64,000 nucleotides of DNA from positions 168,124 through 232,123 of the forward strand of contig CAVSGP010000006.1 in NCBI GenBank assembly GCA_963727505.1, given 5' to 3'. A program made the translations under genes and the position numbers. The notes below the pieces were generated by a model. That model searched no databases. It worked only from the letters and a program-made list of their open reading frames with translations, and had not been told where the DNA came from. Below, one piece after another: positions 43,350-52,473 of the stretch. Positions within the stretch are counted from its first letter, which is position 1, and each line of letters begins with the position of its first letter. The DNA comes from an uncultured Trueperaceae bacterium. GTDB lineage: Bacteria; Deinococcota; Deinococci; Deinococcales; Trueperaceae.

Positions 43350-43366
43350 ATACCACCCAGGGGTAT
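43350..43366. promoter_or_regulatory. Putative CsoR/CstR-family operator overlapping the trxA promoter
   Basis: ATACC-ACCCAGG-GGTAT palindrome with C/G tracts, abutting the -10 box TAAGAT. Confidence 0.5.
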
Positions 43367-43378
43367 AAGATGCGAGCC

Positions 43379-43702
43379 ATGGCGAAGCACCCGATCAAGC
43401 TGACCGATACCTCGTTCAAGCGCGCCACCAAGTCCGGAGTGGCCCTGGTCGACTTCTGGGCGCCCTGGTGCGGGCCCTGCCGCATGGTGGGCCCGATCGT
43501 GGAGGAGATCGCCGGCGAGCTCGGCGACAAGGTCCTGGTCGCCAAGCTGAACGTCGACGAGAACCCCAAGACGGCCTTGCAGTTCCGCGTCCAGAGCATC
43601 CCCACCGTACTGGTCCTCAAGGACGGCGAGCTGCAGCAGGCGATCGTGGGCGCGCGTCGCAAGGGGGACTACGTGGGAGCGCTGCAGAAGGTCCTGGCCT
43701 GA
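43379..43702 (+). CDS. trxA: Thioredoxin
   Basis: DFWAPWCGPC; SIPT; TAAGAT 7 nt before ATG. Confidence 0.95.
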   Translation: MAKHPIKLTDTSFKRATKSGVALVDFWAPWCGPCRMVGPIVEEIAGELGDKVLVAKLNVDENPKTALQFRVQSIPTVLVLKDGELQQAIVGARRKGDYVGALQKVLA

Positions 43703-43866
43703 CGGCGTAGCCGTTCGCGGCGCGTGCGGGACCCTATCCGTCCGCCTGCCCGAGGCGCGCGAGGAAGGCCTCGCGCGCCATCCACACCTCGATGAACGCG
43801 ACGTCGACGAGACGTCGGTCCTCCAGGCTTGCAGGGGTATAGGCCGCCAGCAGGGGAGCACCCCGC

Positions 43867-44370
43867 TCAGATCGCCTCGGTCGGGTCGGTGCCGCCGGTC
43901 GCGGCGAGCCGCGGGCTGAGGAGATGATCGAGGCAGGCATCGTAGATCACGCCCTGGCGGAAGTCCGTGACCAGGTCCTCGACGCTGACGTCGGCCAGCA
44001 CCTCCAGCAGGCGCTCCCGGACACGCTCCCAGACGGCGCTGCGGGCGTGGCAGCGGGCCTCCTCGGCGCAGGCCACGCGCCAGTTGAGGCTGACGCAGGC
44101 CAACGGGGCGACCGGCCCGTCGACGGCGCGCAGGACGTCGCGCAGGCTGATCTCGCCTGCCGGTCGTGCCAGTGCGTAGCCGCCCCCGACGCCCTTCTTG
44201 GAGGCCACCAGGCCGCGGCCGTGGAGCACCGACAGGATCCGGAGGAGGTAGGGGCGCGCGACGCCGGTCGCACCGCTGATGCCCTCGCTGGAGACCCAGC
44301 GACCGCGCGGCTGGGTGCCCAGGAACCCCAGCGCCTGGAAGGCGTAGATGTCGGTGGCGGAGAGCCGCAT
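43867..44370 (-). CDS. Rrf2 family transcriptional regulator (three Cys, probably Fe-S binding)
   Basis: [25 protein letters not shown]8-C-X5-C. Confidence 0.92.
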   Translation of the reverse strand: MRLSATDIYAFQALGFLGTQPRGRWVSSEGISGATGVARPYLLRILSVLHGRGLVASKKGVGGGYALARPAGEISLRDVLRAVDGPVAPLACVSLNWRVACAEEARCHARSAVWERVRERLLEVLADVSVEDLVTDFRQGVIYDACLDHLLSPRLAATGGTDPTEAI

Positions 44371-44702
44371 GTGCCTCCTGAGTCTAGCAGCGCCCGGTCC
44401 AGTCCCTGCGGTAAATGCCGTGCTCGTGGGCGACCGGCGCGGACGACGTTGGGAGGGCGACGCAAGGGGGGCGAGCCTTGTCCCTAGGATAGTGGATGGA
44501 AGGAGTCAAGTATCGTGATGCATGAACCGGGTACGGGCACGGGGATCGCGTCTCCAGGACGACCGCGCCCGCGCTCCCGAAGCAGGCAAGATGGAGTCCT
44601 CGACAACGGTGCCGGAGCGCGGACGTCGGGGGCACGCCATGATCGCGTCGGGCGGCCGCGCGCCGGCGCGCGCATCCTGTGGCAGACGTGGAGGAGGTCG
44701 CG

Positions 44703-45566
44703 ATGAGCGAGTACGCGCATCCCGAGGTGTTGGTGAGCACGCAATGGGTCGAGGAGCACCGGGCGGACGAGGGCGTCCGCGTGCTGGAGGTCGACGAGGA
44801 CGTCCTCCTGTACGAACAGGGCCACGTGCCGGGCGCCGTGAAGCTCGACTGGCACACCGAGCTGCAGCGTCCCGACGTGCGCGACTTCATCGACGCCGAC
44901 GGGTTCGCTTCCCTGATGAAGGCCAAGGGCGTGAGCAACGACACCACCGTCGTGATCTACGGCGACAAGTCGAACTGGTGGGCGGCGTACGCCTTCTGGT
45001 TCCTGAAGTACAACGGGCACGCGGACGTGCGGCTCATGGACGGTGGGCGCCAGAAGTGGACGGCCGAGGGCCGCGACCTGGCCGGGGACGTCCCCAAGCC
45101 GAAACGAGGACGCTACCAGGTCCCCTACCGCGACGCCTCCATCCGGGCCTTCGCCTCCGACGTGCTGCGTCAGATCGTGGCGGTGAAGGACGGCAACGGC
45201 GCCCTGGTCGACGTTCGCAGCCCGCAGGAGTACACGGGCGAGAAGCTCCACATGCCGGAGTACCCGCAGGAGGGCGCGTTGCGGGGCGGGCACGTGCCCG
45301 GCGCGCAGAACATCCCGTGGGCGAAGGCGGTCGACGAGGACGGCACGTTCAAGGATGCCGACGCGCTGAAGGAGCTCTACGGCTCGAGCGGCGTAACGCC
45401 CGACAAGGACGTGGTGGCCTACTGCCGCATCGCGGAGCGGAGCAGCCACACCTGGTTCGTGCTGAAGTACCTGCTGGGCTACCCCAACGTTCGCAACTAC
45501 GACGGCTCCTGGACCGAGTGGGGCAACATGGTCGGGGTGCCGATGAGCCAGGGCGAGGCGCCCTAG
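44703..45566 (+). CDS. Thiosulfate/3-mercaptopyruvate sulfurtransferase (tandem rhodanese)
   Basis: GHVPGA twice; active-site loop [17 protein letters not shown]. Confidence 0.95.
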   Translation: MSEYAHPEVLVSTQWVEEHRADEGVRVLEVDEDVLLYEQGHVPGAVKLDWHTELQRPDVRDFIDADGFASLMKAKGVSNDTTVVIYGDKSNWWAAYAFWFLKYNGHADVRLMDGGRQKWTAEGRDLAGDVPKPKRGRYQVPYRDASIRAFASDVLRQIVAVKDGNGALVDVRSPQEYTGEKLHMPEYPQEGALRGGHVPGAQNIPWAKAVDEDGTFKDADALKELYGSSGVTPDKDVVAYCRIAERSSHTWFVLKYLLGYPNVRNYDGSWTEWGNMVGVPMSQGEAP

Positions 45567-45702
45567 GCCCGGCTGCGACCAGCGACCAGGACGAACGTGG
45601 CGGCGCGTCTAGCGTCGCCACGCGTCATCCCGGAACGTGTCGACGTAGGGGGTGTCGCCATGCTGTGCTTCCAGGGGCCGCGGAGGCCGATGGCGGCGAC
45701 GT

Positions 45703-45939
45703 TCATGGTCGCCGGTCTCCGTCGTTCGCGTCGTCCCCCGGCTGCGAGGTGCTCGCCGCGGGGCGGCTCTGCGCCGGGCGCTCCTCCTCGTCGCGCTCAG
45801 GCGCCTCCTCCGAGTTCGCCTGTGCGTCGGAGCGTCGCATGAAGCGCACGAAGAACACGACCACCGCCAGCATGATCAGGAAATCGCCGATCTGCCAGAG
45901 CTGCCACCACGGGTGCGGCATGACGCCATGAGGGATCAT
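45703..45939 (-). CDS. Small single-TM hypothetical protein
   Basis: GAAGGAG RBS; one TM helix (FLIMLAVVVFFV) followed by an acidic tail; 78 aa. Confidence 0.6.
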   Translation of the reverse strand: MIPHGVMPHPWWQLWQIGDFLIMLAVVVFFVRFMRRSDAQANSEEAPERDEEERPAQSRPAASTSQPGDDANDGDRRP

Positions 45940-46244
45940 CGCGATCGCTCCTTCCGCGGGTCGTTCACCGGTCCATCCCTCGCTCCTTCGCCGGACGCTG
46001 TATCCGGGTCCCTGCTCGGGCCGCCTCGAGATGGGGTCCATCGTACGCCTGCGCGGCAGGGTGTCCCGGGTTCGGCGGCGACCCGGTTTCCGTCTTGTCC
46101 CTTGACGCTCGTTCCGGCCAATCAATAGGCTCGCGGGGTAGCTTCTCTCAGCGCGGCGCCGGACCCGCCGCTGCCCGCGATGGCGGTGGCCTCCGGTGGA
46201 CGCTCGCCACTCGTCCGGCGCCCGCGCATCTTAGGAGGTTGGGC

Positions 46245-47540
46245 GTGAAGCGTAGAGTCGTAGCGTTCCTGGCGATCGCGGCCCTGGTGCTAGCCACCGT
46301 GGGTGTCGCGAGCGCACAACAGTTCGACTGGAAGCAGTTCTCCGGCACGAAGATCCGCTTCCTGATGAACCAGCACCCCTTCACCACGTTCATCCAGCCG
46401 CTGCTGCCCGAGTTCGAGCAGCAAACGGGTATCCAGGTGACCTTCGAGACCTTCCCCGAGGATCAGTTCCGTCAGCGCCGCCTGCTCGAGGCGAGCAGCG
46501 GGGCCGACACCCTCGACGGCTACATGATCATGCCGGGACAGGTGGGCGCGCAGTATCTCGAAGCCGGCTGGGTCCGCTACGTCGATGACTTCCTGGCCGA
46601 CCCCACCATGACCGACCCCAACATCGACCTGAACGACTTCTTCGGTGGTGCGCTCAACACCTTCAAGAACGGCGGCAAGGTCTTCGGTCTGCCGCTGCAG
46701 AACGAGACCAGCCTGCTGTTCTACCGCAAGGACCTGTTCCAGCAGGCCGGGATCCAGCGGCCGCCGCAAGACATGGCCGAGCTGCTGGCCGACGCGGCCC
46801 TGTTGAAGCAGGGTCGGGTGGCCGGCTTCGCGATGCGCGGCAAGGCGGCCAGCGCCACCTCGCAGATCGTGAACTTCCTGATGTCGTTCGGCGGCACCTG
46901 GCTCAACGACGATGGCACCTCGGCGCTGAACAGCTACCAGAGCAAGCAGGCGCTGGCGTTCTACGCCGATCTTCTGCGCAACTACGGCCCTCCCGGAGAG
47001 TCGAACATGTCGTGGCCGGAAGTGACCAGCATCTACGCGCAGGGCCAGGCGGCCATGATCTTCGACGCCAACGTCTTCCGCTCGATCATGGAGGACCCGC
47101 AGCAGGCGATCGACGTGGTGCGCAACAACACCGGCTACGCGCCGCTTCCGGCGGGTCCGGCCGGACTGCACCCGGTGGTGCTGGTGTGGGGTCTCAGCGT
47201 CAACCACGCCTCCAAGAACCCGGGCGCGGCCTGGTACTTCGTCCAGTGGGCGCTCTCCAAGGCCAACCAGGAGAAGGCCATCCTGGCCGGCGTCCCGGCG
47301 GCGCGCACCTCGGCGTGGCAGAACGAGGAGTTCATGAAGACCGCTCCGGCGGACTGGATCGACTCCTCGCAGAAGAGCTTCGCGGTCGGCGATCCCAACT
47401 GGAACCCGCCGGTGAAGCCGGTGCCCGAGGTCCGCGATGCGTACGGTCAGGCGATCGTGGCAGCGCTCGAGGGCAAGCCGGTCGGCCCCGCCCTGGATCA
47501 GGCCGCGAAGTCGATCGACCAGATCCTGTCGAACCAGTAG
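46245..47540 (+). CDS. Sugar (CUT1) ABC transporter substrate-binding protein
   Basis: Signal peptide; FEQQTGIQV; LFYRKDLF; AAWYFVQW; AGGAGG RBS. Confidence 0.93.
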   Translation: MKRRVVAFLAIAALVLATVGVASAQQFDWKQFSGTKIRFLMNQHPFTTFIQPLLPEFEQQTGIQVTFETFPEDQFRQRRLLEASSGADTLDGYMIMPGQVGAQYLEAGWVRYVDDFLADPTMTDPNIDLNDFFGGALNTFKNGGKVFGLPLQNETSLLFYRKDLFQQAGIQRPPQDMAELLADAALLKQGRVAGFAMRGKAASATSQIVNFLMSFGGTWLNDDGTSALNSYQSKQALAFYADLLRNYGPPGESNMSWPEVTSIYAQGQAAMIFDANVFRSIMEDPQQAIDVVRNNTGYAPLPAGPAGLHPVVLVWGLSVNHASKNPGAAWYFVQWALSKANQEKAILAGVPAARTSAWQNEEFMKTAPADWIDSSQKSFAVGDPNWNPPVKPVPEVRDAYGQAIVAALEGKPVGPALDQAAKSIDQILSNQ

Positions 47541-47557
47541 CGTAGCCTCCGCGCGGA

Positions 47558-47597
47558 CGGCTGCCGCCGGATCCCCGAGGGGATCCGGCGGCAGCCG
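47558..47597 (+). terminator. Perfect 18-bp stem-loop between the binding-protein and permease genes
   Basis: CGGCTGCCGCCGGATCCC-CGAG-GGGATCCGGCGGCAGCCG. Confidence 0.7.
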
Positions 47598-47630
47598 CGC
47601 GAGCCCTGCGTACGAGCGAGGGACCTGTCC

Positions 47631-48506
47631 ATGACCGAGCGCGCCTCCCGCTTCTTCGATCGCAACGCGCAGTGGTTGTTCCCGCTGCCGGCGGTGATCG
47701 CCATCGTGATCCTTTTCGTCGGGCCGGTTCTGGCGAACGCATATATCTCCGTTCACGACTGGTACATCGGCGGCACCCCCAAGTACATCGGGCTGGGCAA
47801 CTTCGTGCGCGCCCTGAACGACCACCGCTTCTGGAGCGGGCTGAAGAACACCTTCTATTTCACGCTCGTGGCCGTGCCCCTGGAGCTGGTGCTGGGCCTG
47901 GGCATCGCCGTGCTCTTCAACCGCGACTTCCGCGGCAAGGGCCTGGTCCGCACCGTCATCCTGCTGCCGATGGTGGCCACGCCCGTCGCCATCGCGCTGA
48001 TCTGGGCGCTGATGTTCAACCCCAGCCTCGGCGTCATGAACTATTTTCTCGAGAGCCTCGGCCTGCCGCGCTCGCTGTGGGTCGCCAGCGCCCAACTCGC
48101 CATCCCCTCGCTCACGCTGGTCGACATCTGGGAGTGGACGCCCATGGTGGCGCTGATCCTGCTGGCGGCGCTGCAGGGCGTACCCACGGAGCTCTATGAG
48201 GCCGCCATCATCGACGGCGCCGGCCCGGTCCAGGCGTTCCGCTTCATCACCCTGCCGTCGATCCGCTCCGCGGCGGTCATCGCGCTCATCCTGCGGAGCA
48301 TCGACGCGCTCAAGACCTTCGACATCATCTACGTCATCACCCAGGGAGGGCCGGGGATCGCCTCGGAGACGCTGAACGTGTTCGCCTTCAAGACCGGTTT
48401 CGAGTTCTTCCGGGCGGGCTACGCCGCGTCGCTGCTGATCTTCCTGCTGGTGGCGGTGCTCGGCGTCTCGATCCTTCTCAACATGACGCGTAGGAGACCG
48501 GCATGA
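47631..48506 (+). CDS. Sugar ABC transporter permease
   Basis: EAA loop YEAAIIDGA; TQGGPG. Confidence 0.93.
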   Translation: MTERASRFFDRNAQWLFPLPAVIAIVILFVGPVLANAYISVHDWYIGGTPKYIGLGNFVRALNDHRFWSGLKNTFYFTLVAVPLELVLGLGIAVLFNRDFRGKGLVRTVILLPMVATPVAIALIWALMFNPSLGVMNYFLESLGLPRSLWVASAQLAIPSLTLVDIWEWTPMVALILLAALQGVPTELYEAAIIDGAGPVQAFRFITLPSIRSAAVIALILRSIDALKTFDIIYVITQGGPGIASETLNVFAFKTGFEFFRAGYAASLLIFLLVAVLGVSILLNMTRRRPA

Positions 48507-49375
48507 GTGCTCTGGATCCGGGCGCCCCCAGGCGCGCGCAGGCCACGCCGGCCGGCGATCGCCGCCGTCGCCGCTTGCGTCAGATCCTCATCTACCTGCT
48601 GATGGCCGTGGTGCTCGCGATCATGCTGTTCCCGTTCTACTGGATGATTCTGACCAGTCTGCGCAGCCAGGTCGACAACACCAGCCCGGTACCCGTGTGG
48701 TTCTTCAAGCCCACGCTGCAGAACTACGTCAACGTCATCCGGCAGAACAACTTCCTGGCCTATACCTGGCACTCCCTGGTGATCGCGACGCTCGCGACCA
48801 GCGTCGGTCTGGTCCTCGGATTGCCGGCGGCCTACTCGATCGCGCGCTACAAGCAGAACGGCCTGGCGTTCGCCATCCTGATGGCGCGGCTGACGCCCTA
48901 CATCACCTACCTGGTGCCCTGGTACATGGCCTTCCGTGCCCTGCACCTGATCGATACCTACGTCGCTCTGACGGCCACGCACCTGATCGTGGGGATGCCG
49001 CTGATCATCTGGATCATGATCAGCTTCTTCGAGGAGGTGCCGCGGGACCTCGAGGAGGCGGCCTACGTCGACGGCGCCAGCCGCTTCGGGACCTTCACGC
49101 GCATCGTGCTGCCGCTCTCGGCTCCGGGCATCGTGGCAGCGAGCATCCTGTCGTTCATCTTCAGCTGGAACCAGTTCCTGTTCAGCCTGGTGCTGTCGGG
49201 GCCGAACACCAAGCCGGTGCCGGTGGCGGTGTTCAACTTCATCAGCTACGGGCAGATCAACTTCGGTGGCCTCGGGGCGGCCGCGGTGCTGATCACGCTG
49301 CCGGTCGTGATCCTGACGCTGGCCATCCAGCGCTACATCGTGTCGGGCCTCACCATGGGGGCGGTCAAAGGCTGA
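48503..49375 (+). CDS. Sugar ABC transporter permease
   Basis: EEAAYVDGA; FSWNQF; GLTMGAVKG. Confidence 0.93.
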   Translation: MSALDPGAPRRAQATPAGDRRRRRLRQILIYLLMAVVLAIMLFPFYWMILTSLRSQVDNTSPVPVWFFKPTLQNYVNVIRQNNFLAYTWHSLVIATLATSVGLVLGLPAAYSIARYKQNGLAFAILMARLTPYITYLVPWYMAFRALHLIDTYVALTATHLIVGMPLIIWIMISFFEEVPRDLEEAAYVDGASRFGTFTRIVLPLSAPGIVAASILSFIFSWNQFLFSLVLSGPNTKPVPVAVFNFISYGQINFGGLGAAAVLITLPVVILTLAIQRYIVSGLTMGAVKG

Positions 49376-49411
49376 GGAGCGCGGCGGCCGGGCCGGCGCG
49401 CAGGCGGCGGG

Positions 49412-50470
49412 CTAGAACCCTCCGTGTTCCGCCACGAACGTGAGCGCCTCTTCCTCGTAGGCCATGAAGTTGGCGCAGCCATGGCGGGTGACGACGATGG
49501 CGCCGCAGGCGTTGCCCATGCGTGCGCTCCTCACCCAGTCCCAGCCACGGGCGCGGCCGTAGATGACGCCGGCAGCGAAAGCGTCGCCCGCGCCGAGCAC
49601 GTTCATCACCTCGACCTCGAAGCCGGGCACGGCGGTGACGGTGCCGTCCTCGAGATGGACGGTGCAGCCCTCGGCGCCGCGCTTCGCCAGCAGCGCCTCC
49701 GGACCGGGACGGCGCGCCAGCATGGCCGCGATGTTGGCCTCCACGTCCCCGCGGATCACCGGCGCCGAGATCTGCTGCTCCAGGATGGTGATGTCGCCGG
49801 GATCGACGAGCATGGCGGCGTTGATCTCCTCCTCGGTGCCGAACGCCACCGTGACGAGCGGCAGCAGCGCGCGCACGGCCAGGCCGAACGCGCGCGGGTC
49901 GTGCCACTGGTCGGCGCGGAAGTCGAGGTCGAGGTACACGGTGCGCCCGGCGCGCCGCGCCTGCTCGGCCGCGAAGAACGCGGCGCTGCGGCTCGGTTCC
50001 GCGGCGAGCGCCGTGGCGGAGATCTCCAGCGCGCCGGCCTCGGCCACCGGCGCTCGCTGCACGTCGTCGATCGTGAGGGCCATGTCGGCGCAGTTGTCGC
50101 GGTAGTACACCAGCGGAAAGCGGTCGCGTTCGATGCCGAGCAGCACGGCGCTGGTGCGCTTACCGTCCTTGACGGGGATGTAGCGCGTGTCTACCCCCTC
50201 ATGGTCCAGGAAGTGCCGGACGAAGTCGCCGACCTTGTCGCGGCCGACCGCGGTCAGCAGCGCCACCTTCAGGCCGAGGCGCCGGGCGCCGACGGCGATG
50301 TTGGTGGGGCTGCCCCCCACGTAGGCGGCGAAGCTGGTGATCGCTTCGAACGGGGCGCCGATGTCGTTGCTGTACAGATCGATCGAGGAGCGCCCCAGGG
50401 TGATGAGGTCGAAAGTGGCGGGCCCGTCGGCCGCTCGCTCGGGGGCCGGCGCGTCGGCTCCTGCGCTCAT
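49412..50470 (-). CDS. iolC: 5-dehydro-2-deoxygluconokinase (PfkB family)
   Basis: GRSSIDLY, YVGGSPTNIA, YRDNCAD, DLDFRADQW, GAGDAF. Confidence 0.88.
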   Translation of the reverse strand: MSAGADAPAPERAADGPATFDLITLGRSSIDLYSNDIGAPFEAITSFAAYVGGSPTNIAVGARRLGLKVALLTAVGRDKVGDFVRHFLDHEGVDTRYIPVKDGKRTSAVLLGIERDRFPLVYYRDNCADMALTIDDVQRAPVAEAGALEISATALAAEPSRSAAFFAAEQARRAGRTVYLDLDFRADQWHDPRAFGLAVRALLPLVTVAFGTEEEINAAMLVDPGDITILEQQISAPVIRGDVEANIAAMLARRPGPEALLAKRGAEGCTVHLEDGTVTAVPGFEVEVMNVLGAGDAFAAGVIYGRARGWDWVRSARMGNACGAIVVTRHGCANFMAYEEEALTFVAEHGGF

Positions 50471-51519
50471 CGCGACGACCCCGCGGCGCCCCCGGGTCGG
50501 AGCAGCACCTTCGCGCCCCGCTTCGAGCGCACCACCGCGAGCGCCTCGTCCCAGGCGTTCAGGTCGAAGCGGTGCGTGATGAGGCGGTCGGCCCGGACGG
50601 CGCCGTCGGCCAGCAGGCGCAGCGCCCGCGGCCAGGCGGTCGGGACCGAGGCGTTGGTGCCGGTCACCGTGAGTTCCTTGTAGCAGACCACGTCCTGATC
50701 GAGGGCGATCCGGCGGCCGTAGAGCCCCATCTGGGCGAAGCGCCCGCCGCGGGCCACCACCTGCAGCAGCGTGGCGGCGGCCGGCTCGGCGCCGGAGCAC
50801 TCGATCGCGACGTCGGCTCCATCGGCCTGCAGGGCGTCGTTCACCGCCTGTGGCACGTCGCTCTCCTGCTCGACGTCGATGGCGGCCGCGGCACCCAGCT
50901 CGCGCGCCAACGCCAGCCGGTCGCGGTCGGCGCCGGTGCCGAGCATGACGGCCCGGGCGCCGGCGGCCACCGTCAGCTGCAGTGCCAGCAGCCCGATCGG
51001 TCCCGGGCCGGTGATGGCGACGCGGTCGCCGGCCCGGACCCCCGCGGTATCGGTGACGCCGTGCACGGTGCAAGCCAGTGGTTCGGTGAGGGCGGCGTGC
51101 TCCAGCGGGAGGGCATCGGGCACGCGGTGCAGGTTGGTCGCCGGCACCAGTAGGTAGGGGGCGAAGGCGCCGTTCTCCTTGGAGCCGATGGAACGCCGCG
51201 CGCTGCAGAGATTGGGCCTCCCGCGCCGGCAATGGATGCAGCGGCCGCAGGTGGAGAAGTAGGTCTCGGACGTCACGCGGTCGCCCACGGACCAGCCCGT
51301 CACGCCGGCGCCGACCTCGGCTACGATGCCGGCGAGCTCGTGCCCCATCGTCACAGGCGGCTCGGTGGCGAACTCGTCGTCGACGATGTGGAGGTCGGTG
51401 CCGCAGATCCCGGCGGCGGCCACCTCCACGACCACCTGGCCGGGTCCGGCCGTCGGCTCTTCGACGTCGACGACGGCGACGTGCCCGGCTCCGCGGGCGA
51501 GCTTGCGAACGGCGTTCAT
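50467..51519 (-). CDS. Zn-dependent (MDR) polyol/sugar dehydrogenase
   Basis: GICGTDLH, GHE, CGRCIHC...C, GPGPIG. Confidence 0.92.
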   Translation of the reverse strand: MNAVRKLARGAGHVAVVDVEEPTAGPGQVVVEVAAAGICGTDLHIVDDEFATEPPVTMGHELAGIVAEVGAGVTGWSVGDRVTSETYFSTCGRCIHCRRGRPNLCSARRSIGSKENGAFAPYLLVPATNLHRVPDALPLEHAALTEPLACTVHGVTDTAGVRAGDRVAITGPGPIGLLALQLTVAAGARAVMLGTGADRDRLALARELGAAAAIDVEQESDVPQAVNDALQADGADVAIECSGAEPAAATLLQVVARGGRFAQMGLYGRRIALDQDVVCYKELTVTGTNASVPTAWPRALRLLADGAVRADRLITHRFDLNAWDEALAVVRSKRGAKVLLRPGGAAGSSR

Positions 51520-51637
51520 ACAGGCGTCCTCTCCGGTCCCGGCGTGCGCGTCGGCGCGGTTGGCAACGTTCTCATGGTAAGGGTGGCGGCCGCGTTCCTC
51601 GCGGCGTCGGTCGCTGGTGCTTCCTGGCCGGCCGGCG

Positions 51638-52138
51638 TCAGGGTTTGGACGTACTGGAGTGGGCGTCGTACTGCTTCTGCTGTTCGGGCGTCCACCAGGA
51701 GCGCATGAGTGCCAGCACGTCGCGCATGTCCTGCTGGTTCCAGGAGCCGCCCACCCCGGGCATGCTGCCCTTCCCGCCCTTGACGATGAACTGCAGGTCG
51801 ATGGCGCTCTTCTGCCAGGCGGTCCCTTGCGCGTCGAGGGGAGGGATGCCAAGCCCGGGCATGGCGGCTCCCGACCCGTACGGGCCGTGGCAGGCGACGC
51901 AACTGGCGCTGTAAAGGTTGGTGGCACGCTGGAAGTCCGGTTCCGGTGGTTCCTGGGCCACGAGCGGTGGCGCTTGCCGCGCCGCCGCGTCCGGCAGGGC
52001 GGAGGTGCTTGCGGAGGCGGCCCAGGTGCCGGTGGCGGCCAGGGCGAGGACCGTGCCGAGGGCCAGCAATCCCGGCCAGCGCCGCGATCCTCCGCGGCGG
52101 TTCTGGTTAGCGTGCGTGCGGGGTTCGTCAGGGTTCAT
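51638..52138 (-). CDS. Exported monoheme cytochrome c
   Basis: Signal/TM segment; CVACH heme motif; distal Met in GSMP; GGAG RBS. Confidence 0.85.
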   Translation of the reverse strand: MNPDEPRTHANQNRRGGSRRWPGLLALGTVLALAATGTWAASASTSALPDAAARQAPPLVAQEPPEPDFQRATNLYSASCVACHGPYGSGAAMPGLGIPPLDAQGTAWQKSAIDLQFIVKGGKGSMPGVGGSWNQQDMRDVLALMRSWWTPEQQKQYDAHSSTSKP

Positions 52139-52473
52139 CGTGGTCGACTCCTGGAGGTGAGCGATGCGCGCGGTGCCGCCCGCTATCGTCGCAGCATCGC
52201 GCGGGGCGGAGACAGCGCGCCAGGGTCGGATGCCCCATGCGGGCAGCCTCCGCCAGCGTGATGCCGCGTTCCGGCGCATGGGGTGAGGAGGTCGCGCGTC
52301 CCAGCGATGAGGGCGGCGCGGCCCGCCAGGGCGGGGGCGGGGTAGGCTGGACGGGTACGCCGCCCCAGGCGAGCGGAGGTCGCGATGACGCAGACGAGAC
52401 GCCGGTGGTGAAGCGGGTGCCGGTGGCCCGCCGGCTGGAGCCGCACGTTCTGAGGGCGGCGGGCTAGGACGCC

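Noticed and set aside
43734..43860. Short minus-strand ORF (LLAAYTPASLEDRRLVDVAFIEVW...)
   Set aside because: No convincing start or RBS and no recognisable motif; it could be a gene remnant.
44480..44525. AT-richer patch between rrf2 and rhodanese as an Rrf2 operator
   Set aside because: The location is plausible, but symmetry is weak and I cannot match a consensus.
47558..47597. Hairpin as a REP or MITE element
   Set aside because: I found no second copy in the window; its position after a binding-protein gene fits an mRNA stabiliser.
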